Assembly: GCA_050949565.1 (NCBI GenBank)
Contig: JBMNFY010000008.1
Span: 341,488-405,487 of the forward strand
From: Kiritimatiellia bacterium
GTDB taxonomy: Bacteria > Verrucomicrobiota > Kiritimatiellia > RFP12 > UBA1067
Direction of reading: 5' to 3'
DNA length: 64,000 nucleotides
Every line of letters begins with the position of its first letter. The first letter of the stretch is position 1. This document shows, in pieces, positions 55,313 to 64,000 of this stretch. Position numbers and translations under genes: made by a program. The notes under the pieces were generated by a model. The model made no database searches. It was not told the DNA's origin and saw only the letters and a list, made by a program, of their open reading frames with translations.

Positions 55313-56334
55313 AGAAGTTGCTCAACACATTGTATGTGACCACGCAAGGCGCTTATCTGCGCCAAGAGGGCGAGACGGTTGTGGTGTCGATCGACCGCGC
55401 GGATGTCCTGAGGTTGCCGATCCACACGCTCTCGGGAATTGTCTGTTTCGGGCAGGTCGCCTGCAGCCCGCCACTGCTTGGACTCTGTGGCGAGCGGGGT
55501 GTGCATGTCAGCTTTCTCACGGAACGGGGAAAATTCTTGGCGCGTGTCACGGGGCCGGTCTCCGGCAACGTGCTACTCAGGCGCGAACAGGTGCGGCGCG
55601 CCGACAAGCCGGAGGCTGCACTGGAGATTGCCCGCAGCTTCGTCTTGGGAAAGCTCGCCAACAGCCGCACCGTGCTGCAACGGGCGCAGCGTGACCACGA
55701 TGTCGGCCCGTCCGTCGCCAAGGCCGTCGATGCGCTGGCCGACGTGATCCGGCGCACACGGCGCGCGGCGGATATCGACACCCTGCGGGGTTTAGAAGGA
55801 GAGGGCGCGGGGAGTTACTTTGAGGTCTTTGACCGCATGGTCGTATCACAAAGCGACGCATTTTCGATGCAGAAGGGACGCAGCCGCCGACCGCCGCTCG
55901 ATCCTCTAAACGCATTGCTCTCATTCTTGTACACGATCTTGGCGCACGATTGCGAAGCCGCGCTGGAAGGGGTCGGGCTTGATCCGCAGATCGGCTTTCT
56001 GCATGCGCTGCGGCCCGGGCGTCCGAGTCTGGCGCTCGATCTGATGGAAGGGTTCCGTTCCATTCTGGCCGACCGCGTCGCGCTTTCGCTGATCAACCTC
56101 AATCAAATCAACGGCAAAGGGTTCACGGTCACGGAGTCAGGCGCGGTCATGATGGACGACGAAACCCGGAAGACCGTTCTGCAGGCGTGGCAGAAAAAGA
56201 AACAGGAGACGATCCAGCATCCGTTCCTGAACGAAAAAGTCGAAATCGGGCTCTTACCGCACGCGCAGGCATTGTTGTTGGCGCGTCATTTGCGCGGCGA
56301 CCTCGATGGTTACCCGCCGTTTCTGTTGAAGTGA
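55309..56334 (+). CDS. cas1: Type I-C Cas1
   Basis: MKKLLNTLYVTTQG, SGNVLLRREQ, RGLEGEGA, RRPPLDPLNALLSFLY, GLDPQIGFLH, LALDLME. Confidence 0.97.
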   Translation: MKKLLNTLYVTTQGAYLRQEGETVVVSIDRADVLRLPIHTLSGIVCFGQVACSPPLLGLCGERGVHVSFLTERGKFLARVTGPVSGNVLLRREQVRRADKPEAALEIARSFVLGKLANSRTVLQRAQRDHDVGPSVAKAVDALADVIRRTRRAADIDTLRGLEGEGAGSYFEVFDRMVVSQSDAFSMQKGRSRRPPLDPLNALLSFLYTILAHDCEAALEGVGLDPQIGFLHALRPGRPSLALDLMEGFRSILADRVALSLINLNQINGKGFTVTESGAVMMDDETRKTVLQAWQKKKQETIQHPFLNEKVEIGLLPHAQALLLARHLRGDLDGYPPFLLK

Positions 56335-56350
56335 GAGGGGGGAGTATTGT

Positions 56351-56641
56351 ATGCTTGTTCTCGTCAGTTACGATGTCAGCACGGTCGATTTGTCGGGGCG
56401 TCGCCGTCTGCGTCATGTGGCAAAAACGTGTGAGAACTACGGGATTCGCGTGCAGAACTCCGTGTTCGAATGCAATGTTGACCAGGCTCAATGGACAGCG
56501 TTGCGGGCAAAGTTGTTGGATATCTTCGATCCCGAGACAGACAGCCTGCGCTTTTATTTCCTGGGCAATGCCTATCAGCGCCGCATTGAGCACCAAGGAG
56601 CCAAGCCCGCAGTGGACGTTGAAGAGCCGCTTATTCTTTAA
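56351..56641 (+). CDS. cas2: Cas2
   Basis: MLVLVSYDVST..RRLRHVAKTCENYGIRVQNSVFEC..DSLRFY. Confidence 0.97.
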   Translation: MLVLVSYDVSTVDLSGRRRLRHVAKTCENYGIRVQNSVFECNVDQAQWTALRAKLLDIFDPETDSLRFYFLGNAYQRRIEHQGAKPAVDVEEPLIL

Positions 56642-56819
56642 CGCGAACCCCAAGCGAGCAACTTTTGCCTAGGGAGGTTCGCGGACTTTGCAACTCGTTG
56701 TTGTGCAACCACTTACGCGAGTGCTTTGTTCTTTGACAACTGAACATCCCTTATTTTCCGCCGGGTACGCGGAATCATTCACCTTTCCCATTGCGGGAGA
56801 AGGTGTTACAGTACCCGCC
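56642..56819 (+). promoter_or_regulatory. CRISPR leader
   Basis: Non-coding 178 bp between cas2 and first repeat; GCGAACC..GGTTCGC inverted motif typical of I-C leaders. Confidence 0.8.
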
Positions 56820-59800
56820 GTCGCGCCCCATGCGGGGCGCGTGAATTGAAACGAAAAAGATACAACTCGACCCCCCGTCGCGCCCCATGCGGGGCGCGTG
56901 AATTGAAACTGCCAGCCGCGCGCGCCGACCGCGTACGCCCCCTCCGGGTCGCGCCCCATGCGGGGCGCGTGAATTGAAACCGTGCGCAGCGTGATGAACG
57001 CGCAGGAGGCGCGGTCGCGCCCCATGCGGGGCGCGTGAATTGAAACTTCTCTGTATTGCGTTCGCCGTCCGCCGTGGTCGGGTCGCGCCCCATGCGGGGC
57101 GCGTGAATTGAAACGGTTCTGGAGCGAACAGCGCTACACGCTTTTGCGTCGCGCCCCACGCGGGGCGCGTGAATTGAAACAACCCCCCCGCGCAAATTTT
57201 TTTTTGTCACCAAAGTCGCGCCCCATGCGGGGCGCGTGAATTGAAACCATCACTCCGATGGGCGAGAAAAGCGGGACGATCTGGTCGCGCCCCATGCGGG
57301 GCGCGTGAATTGAAACCCCAGGCGTGGTAGCGGCTGTGCTGGTGCTGGTGGTCGCGCCCCATGCGGGGCGCGTGAATTGAAACTGACTGTAGTTTTTTAT
57401 CGTCGCGGCGCGTCCTGGTCGCGCCCCATGCGGGGCGCGTGAATTGAAACAAGATCGATGATGGTGCGAGTCCGCTGTCGCACGGTCGCGCCCCATGCGG
57501 GGCGCGTGAATTGAAACCGCCGGTGGGCTTGGTACGCCGGCAGAAAGGGAGGTCGCGCCCCATGCGGGGCGCGTGAATTGAAACCTCGATGCGTCGATGA
57601 ACGCGATTGACCGCCTGGGTCGCGCCCCATGCGGGGCGCGTGAATTGAAACAATTGATGTCTCGCCCATCTCGTGATGATTTCCGGTCGCGCCCCATGCG
57701 GGGCGCGTGAATTGAAACATAGCCTCTCGCGAGGATGACGCGACCGGCACACGGTCGCGCCCCATGCGGGGCGCGTGAATTGAAACGGCAATGGTAGAGG
57801 TAAGCATACAGGTTGATCGGGTCGCGCCCCATGCGGGGCGCGTGAATTGAAACAAACAGCCGACAATCTCAATCTCAATGCTGGCGGTCGCGCCCCATGC
57901 GGGGCGCGTGAATTGAAACGGCGGCACCTACCGCCAGACCGGGGACCGCTCGGTCGCGCCCCATGCGGGGCGCGTGAATTGAAACGCACTAAGATAAACA
58001 AGCCACTCCAACATCCTGGTCGCGCCCCATGCGGGGCGCGTGAATTGAAACCATTTTCTCCTGCTGTCCGGTCTTTCGAGAACGGGTCGCGCCCCATGCG
58101 GGGCGCGTGAATTGAAACTAAGAGCAAGCAAGAGCAGATATGCGGGTGGGAGGTCGCGCCCCATGCGGGGCGCGTGAATTGAAACAAAAACCGAAGTCTG
58201 CGACCACCCTTGGTCATCAGGTCGCGCCCCATGCGGGGCGCGTGAATTGAAACTTGGGCCATCATGGCGGGTCGGTGGAGGGCGTTGGTCGCGCCCCATG
58301 CGGGGCGCGTGAATTGAAACCGCCTGCACATTACACGAATGCTCGTACGCACCCGGTCGCGCCCCATGCGGGGCGCGTGAATTGAAACTGCGAGTCCGCA
58401 GGATTCTCGAGTGGCTTGTTTGTCGCGCCCCATGCGGGGCGCGTGAATTGAAACATGCTCATCCTTGCTAATAAAGGCGCATTGTTGAGTCGCGCCCCAT
58501 GCGGGGCGCGTGAATTGAAACATGTGGACGTCGATTCGTGTCCCGTCTCCACAAGTCGCGCCCCATGCGGGGCGCGTGAATTGAAACGATGTTCAACCTT
58601 GCGATGACCCCTGTGGGCGTGTCGCGCCCCATGCGGGGCGCGTGAATTGAAACATCCCGCATCCGCACTCGCGGGCGGGAAATTAAAGTCGCGCCCCATG
58701 CGGGGCGCGTGAATTGAAACTCCCACAGCCGTGGGTTTTTGAAGTTCGCGTGGAGTCGCGCCCCATGCGGGGCGCGTGAATTGAAACTGCGGCAATGAAA
58801 CAGAGGTCAGAAAGTAGCAATGTCGCGCCCCATGCGGGGCGCGTGAATTGAAACACAGGCTGGATGTAGCACCAGTAGTCATCCACAAGTCGCGCCCCAT
58901 GCGGGGCGCGTGAATTGAAACATTACCAGTATGCTCCTATCCTCGGCATTGCCCGGTCGCGCCCCATGCGGGGCGCGTGAATTGAAACACGTTTCTACTA
59001 ACATTCATCTTGTTGGGTGGGGTCGCGCCCCATGCGGGGCGCGTGAATTGAAACTTCTTAGATCATTGTTTGCCGTCGTGTGAAGGTGTCGCGCCCCATG
59101 CGGGGCGCGTGAATTGAAACATCGTTATTCAGTATGTCCATCATTTCGTTACCTCGTCGCGCCCCATGCGGGGCGCGTGAATTGAAACAACCGTTTGTTG
59201 TAACGAATGTCAAGCGACGATGTCGCGCCCCATGCGGGGCGCGTGAATTGAAACTTCAGAGGGCGGGCCGGGTGTTGGTGGTAGCGTACGTCGCGCCCCA
59301 TGCGGGGCGCGTGAATTGAAACCCTGATTATCAATCGCACCAACTAGATTTTGCCGTCGCGCCCCATGCGGGGCGCGTGAATTGAAACATATTGCACCTG
59401 GCCATCGACAATTTCTACCAGTCGCGCCCCATGCGGGGCGCGTGAATTGAAACGCACTGGATAACGCGCGTTAATCCGGTGTGGTTCGTCGCGCCCCATG
59501 CGGGGCGCGTGAATTGAAACCCTGACGGTCGTGATGTTGTGTTTTACAAGACAAGTCGCGCCCCATGCGGGGCGCGTGAATTGAAACAACTCGCTAATCC
59601 TGTTGTCAGCGATAAGGTCTGGTCGCGCCCCATGCGGGGCGCGTGAATTGAAACCCACAGATTGGCGCGCTCACCGCCGAGGTTGATGTCGCGCCCCATG
59701 CGGGGCGCGTGAATTGAAACTATCCTGTCCGCTAACTTAAGCAGGTCTGCGTGTGTCGCGCCCCATGCGGGGCGCGTGAATTGAAACCACACAGTTCACC

Positions 59801-62193
59801 CTCGCCGGTGCCGCTATGGGGTCGCGCCCCATGCGGGGCGCGTGAATTGAAACTAATCGCCTTCACGGCAATCTTTAATTCTTCCGTCGCGCCCCATGCG
59901 GGGCGCGTGAATTGAAACCCGTACACCCCCGCGAGGTATTTCGGGAAGCTGTGTCGCGCCCCATGCGGGGCGCGTGAATTGAAACAGCTTACGCAAGCCC
60001 CCTTGTGGGTCGGCATCCACGTCGCGCCCCATGCGGGGCGCGTGAATTGAAACGCCCCACGCCGCCCCACGCCCGCCCGCGCGCTGGTCGCGCCCCACGC
60101 GGGGCGCGTGAATTGAAACTTGTACGCGGGCAGAAAGGGAACAAGAATGAAAGTCGCGCCCCACGCGGGGCGCGTGAATTGAAACCCTTGGGGGCGTATC
60201 GCGTGGGAGTCCTAAGCGTGTCGCGCCCCACGCGGGGCGCGTGAATTGAAACCCCGGACTACGCGGATAAATACGTTGCGCGGATGTCGCGCCCCACGCG
60301 GGGCGCGTGAATTGAAACTGTTTGCGTCTGCGCGATTATGTCTGTGTCATGGTCGCGCCCCACGCGGGGCGCGTGAATTGAAACCGTACATTGAGGCATT
60401 GCAAGAATCATATCTGGTCGCGCCCCACGCGGGGCGCGTGAATTGAAACAACAATGCGGGTAGAGGAACAAATAACGTGACGGTCGCGCCCCACGCGGGG
60501 CGCGTGAATTGAAACACGACACCGCCGCCCGTGTCAGCCCCTCGCGTTTGTCGCGCCCCACGCGGGGCGCGTGAATTGAAACTCCAACGCCTTGACCGCC
60601 TCGGCCCGCACCGCCTGTCGCGCCCCATGCGGGGCGCGTGAATTGAAACCTTTCCCCGCGTTCGTTCTTTCCCCGCGTTCGTGGTCGCGCCCCATGCGGG
60701 GCGCGTGAATTGAAACTTTCCGTCGACTACGATAGCGTACTTGTTCATACGGTCGCGCCCCATGCGGGGCGCGTGAATTGAAACACGGGGGGTGTGAGGG
60801 GAGAGGGAGGTGCTTGGAGGTCGCGCCCCATGCGGGGCGCGTGAATTGAAACTCAGATGCGAGGGGCAAACCACAAGCACCTTGCGGGTCGCGCCCCATG
60901 CGGGGCGCGTGAATTGAAACCGTTCTTTCCCCACGTTCTTTCCCCGCGTGACCGGTCGCGCCCCATGCGGGGCGCGTGAATTGAAACGATGCGAGCACGG
61001 GCGGACGCGCGTGGGCGATCAGGTCGCGCCCCATGCGGGGCGCGTGAATTGAAACTGATGAGCATCACATTCACGGGATGCAAAGAGGGGTCGCGCCCCA
61101 TGCGGGGCGCGTGAATTGAAACCAATGCGGCCGCAATGTGGAATGCCCTCCGTGAGGTCGCGCCCCATGCGGGGCGCGTGAATTGAAACCTTGGCGTGGC
61201 GCAAGTGCCGGTGGAATATCAGGGTCGCGCCCCATGCGGGGCGCGTGAATTGAAACTTCGGTAGTCCACATTCCGGCGTTTGCAGTCTGGTCGCGCCCCA
61301 TGCGGGGCGCGTGAATTGAAACAAGGCCGGTGTTTCAAAGACAGTTGGTTAGATGGTCGCGCCCCATGCGGGGCGCGTGAATTGAAACACTCCGGTCGGC
61401 AATCAGGTTGCGATTTACAGCGGGTCGCGCCCCATGCGGGGCGCGTGAATTGAAACCATCCACGAATCTGTACCAATTTGCTGAAATGGGTCGCGCCCCA
61501 TGCGGGGCGCGTGAATTGAAACTGGAGGTTGCTTGGCGCTCACATCGGCAAACCTGGTCGCGCCCCATGCGGGGCGCGTGAATTGAAACAGAGGCAGACC
61601 TGTACCATGATCTGAGCATGCTGGTCGCGCCCCATGCGGGGCGCGTGAATTGAAACGCCGCACCCGCAAACATGGGAGTTGGTGTGGGAGGTCGCGCCCC
61701 ATGCGGGGCGCGTGAATTGAAACAGACAGACGTGGCCGGAGTGCTGCGGGTGGCAGGGTCGCGCCCCATGCGGGGCGCGTGAATTGAAACCAGATTGCAG
61801 ACGGCTCCCCATCAGATACACCGGGGTCGCGCCCCATGCGGGGCGCGTGAATTGAAACTGGTGATGCGCTTGACGCAATCCCACACCACTCCGGTCGCGC
61901 CCCATGCGGGGCGCGTGAATTGAAACGCCGACACTGGGACTCCGAAAAACGTTGGTGCGCGGTCGCGCCCCATGCGGGGCGCGTGAATTGAAACCCGCTT
62001 GCGCGACCGCAGCGGCTGGGCGGCGGGCGTCGCGCCCCATGCGGGGCGCGTGAATTGAAACCCACCACAAATCACCAGTGAACCGCGTCCAGCCGTCGCG
62101 CCCCACGCGGGGCGCGTGAATTGAAACCTGTTGCTCATCGGTTTTATCATGTTTTTAGGCGTCGCGCCCCACGCGGGGCGCGTGAGTTGAAAC
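56820..62193 (+). CRISPR. Type I-C CRISPR array, about 81 repeats and 80 spacers
   Basis: 33-bp repeat GTCGCGCCCCATGCGGGGCGCGTGAATTGAAAC; spacers mostly 32-36 nt; degenerate terminal repeat (..GAGTTGAAAC) at 62161. Confidence 0.99.
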
Positions 62194-62280
62194 AATTGAA
62201 ACGGCAACTCTAAAGCCGAAATGGCTGGCTGCGAACAAGCGCGGCGGGAGGTTGGAACAATGGTAATCGGATAAGGTGAA

Positions 62281-62361
62281 TGACTTGCGACTTGCGACTC
62301 GCGGTAATGCGGCAAAGTTGACGCCGTGCGCCGTTCCTGCCGCCGAAGGTCACAGGTCACC
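62281..62361. repeat. Degenerate copy of the cas7-cas4 hairpin repeat downstream of the array
   Basis: TGACTTGCGACTTGCGACTCGCGGTAATGCGGCAAAGTTGACGCCGTGCGCCGTTCCTGCCGCCGAAGGTCACAGGTCAC aligns to unit 53348-53447. Confidence 0.8.
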
Positions 62362-62383
62362 CTTGTCCCGAATGATGACTTGC

Positions 62384-63574
62384 TCACGTCTCTGAAGTGC
62401 GCGACGACCGCTGTTTCCGGTACTGGCTCATCGTCAAGCCTGTCTTCTGTTTGAAAATGCGCTTGACGTGGTTTTCAGACTGGTAGCCGCACTGCCAGGT
62501 GATGGTACTGATCGGCAGGGTCGTTTCGCTCAGGAAGGTTTTCAGACGCGCCAGCCGGATGTTCTGGATCTCGTCCAGAATCGAGTGGCCGACATGCCTG
62601 CGGAAGAGCATCTCTGCCAGCCGACGTGAGACACCCATGTGCCGCGCGATATCGAGCACCGTAATCGCGGTGCAGGCATTGAGGCGGATAAATTCGAGAC
62701 CGCGCAGATAGCGCCGGTCCACGGCATGGGCGAATCGGCTCGACTCCCGCAGAACCAGCCGCTTGACACCGTACCACAGATTGCGTTCGCGGCGTACATT
62801 GCCACGCATCAAATCCTCCAGCAGACGGGCGGCTTCGTATCCGCCGGCATCGAAGTCGGGCTGCACGCTGGACAGTGTCGGCGTTGTGTTCTCGCAGATC
62901 ATTTCGTCATTGTCGACGCCCATCAGGGCGACCTCGCCCGGCACGTTGAGCCCGCTGCTGTGACAGGTCTCAAGGACCTGGCGCACCCGCACATCGTGCG
63001 CCGCAAGAATGGCAACCGGCTTGGGCAGATCGTGCAGCCAGCGCGCGAGATGCTTCTGGTCCAGCGCCCAGTCCACACGCGCGCGCTCACTGGGACAGCG
63101 GTACTCCTCGCAGGACAAGCCCGCCTCGGCCAGCCGCGCCGCAAAACCCTGTCCGCGCAACACCGACCAGTCCCAGTCATACACGTCCGGCACATACGCG
63201 AAGTGGCAAAATCCTTCGCCCAAAAACGCCTCGGCGGCGGCACGTCCAACGCCCTCGGAATCACTCGTCACGAACGACACATTCGCGGCGTGGTTGGGGT
63301 AAGACTCCGGCGAATCCATCACCACGGTCGGGATGCGGGCGCGCGACATGGAGCGCAACGCCTCGGGCATCCGCGCCACGATCGCACCGGTCACGCCCCA
63401 CGCTTTCAGGTTCACGAGTTGCTGCTTCTCCACGCCCTTCTCAACCAGATGGATATTCCACGGCGTGTGCAGCCGCATGTAACGCAGCACGCCCTGAAAC
63501 TTATCGCGCCCCGCCTTTTCATTCGTGGCTAGGAAGAGAGCCACGTTCGGCGTTTTCTGGAAGACACCTCTCAT
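62384..63574 (-). CDS. XylR-type regulator (paralogue of 18337-19530)
   Basis: VPGEVALMGVDND..LSSV; CGYQSENHVKRIFKQKTGLTMSQYR. Confidence 0.9.
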   Translation of the reverse strand: MRGVFQKTPNVALFLATNEKAGRDKFQGVLRYMRLHTPWNIHLVEKGVEKQQLVNLKAWGVTGAIVARMPEALRSMSRARIPTVVMDSPESYPNHAANVSFVTSDSEGVGRAAAEAFLGEGFCHFAYVPDVYDWDWSVLRGQGFAARLAEAGLSCEEYRCPSERARVDWALDQKHLARWLHDLPKPVAILAAHDVRVRQVLETCHSSGLNVPGEVALMGVDNDEMICENTTPTLSSVQPDFDAGGYEAARLLEDLMRGNVRRERNLWYGVKRLVLRESSRFAHAVDRRYLRGLEFIRLNACTAITVLDIARHMGVSRRLAEMLFRRHVGHSILDEIQNIRLARLKTFLSETTLPISTITWQCGYQSENHVKRIFKQKTGLTMSQYRKQRSSRTSET

Positions 63575-63619
63575 CTCTTGGAGGATGATACACACGTCAA
63601 GCTGGGGGTTAAAGTAGAA

Positions 63620-63772
63620 ATTTAGGATTTAGGATTTGGGATTTGGGATTTTTAACCATGAAACACATGAAACTTCATGAAAAACCGCGCCATGCCTTTC
63701 CGTGTTTCAGTGTATTCCGTGGTTCCCAAAACCCGAGCACTGCCCCCCAAAAAATCTGCGTCTCTGCGTTTA
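63620..63772. repeat. Heptamer run plus CCGAGC-linked triple-repeat cassettes
   Basis: tttaggatttaggatttggggatttgggattt; AACCATGAAACACATGAAACTTCATGAAA; TTTCCGTGTTTCAGTGTATTCCGTGGTT; AAAACCCGAGCACTGCCCCCCAAAAA. Confidence 0.75.
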
Positions 63773-63954
63773 AAAGCTTTGCGCAAAATGCGACGTTTTT
63801 TTTGCGTATTATGAGGGGTTTGCAGGTTCTGTCTATGTTACACTGGCTCCGGTAAATGGTTTAGGCCATGTGTTAAAAAGGAAGTCTGCTAGTTTTCATC
63901 ACACTTTCAAGCGAATCCAAACGCAATCATCATAAAAGAAGGGAAGAAGTAATC

Positions 63955-64000
63955 ATGACTCGGTTCACCTTGTCCAGAAGGACATTTCTAGCCGGAGCCA
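63955..64000 (+). CDS. Start of a Tat-exported protein (truncated by window end)
   Basis: MTRFTLSRRTFLAGA twin-arginine motif after a purine-rich SD. Confidence 0.65.
   Translation, partial: MTRFTLSRRTFLAGA

Noticed and set aside
56853-62160. Self-targeting spacers; phage cos-region origin of spacers 1, 2 and 6
   Set aside because: No match to the window noticed by eye and the cos resemblance is only impressionistic; needs BLAST of all spacers
56669-62387. Many minus-strand ORFs with FQFTRPAWGAT / VSIHAPRMGRD / FNSRAPHGAR repeats
   Set aside because: Translations of the CRISPR repeat, not genes

Overview
High-GC chromosomal window from an anaerobic, polysaccharide-using bacterium. Protein and repeat style suggest PVC superphylum, probably Kiritimatiellota/Lentisphaerota (inference, not verified). 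It holds housekeeping genes (nifJ/PFOR, fba, ade, pyrC, PNP, nspC, rmuC, frr, pyrH, murA, rex, a DEAD-box helicase, tRNA-Ser), secreted glycan-active and beta-strand-repeat proteins with XylR-type regulators, one complete IS4-family element with a 10-bp target duplication, and a complete type I-C CRISPR-Cas locus (cas3-5-8c/11-7-[insert]-4-1-2) with about 81 repeats. Most unusual observations: (1) a four-helix-bundle/Zn-ribbon gene wrapped in heptamer-built hairpins sits between cas7 and cas4 and supplies the Cas4 N-terminus, and the same hairpin family brackets the whole CRISPR locus; (2) the array has two long blocks (17 and 20 spacers) in which every spacer ends in G, separated by a 34-spacer block with no such bias; (3) intergenic regions carry modular arrays with a constant CCGAGCAATGC linker alternating with different triple-repeat cassettes, often fused to start or stop codons; (4) unrelated secreted proteins share a C-terminal G-[TS]-L-[IL]-M-L-[RK] tail, a candidate sorting signal. 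All counts and coordinates were read by hand and no database searches were run.
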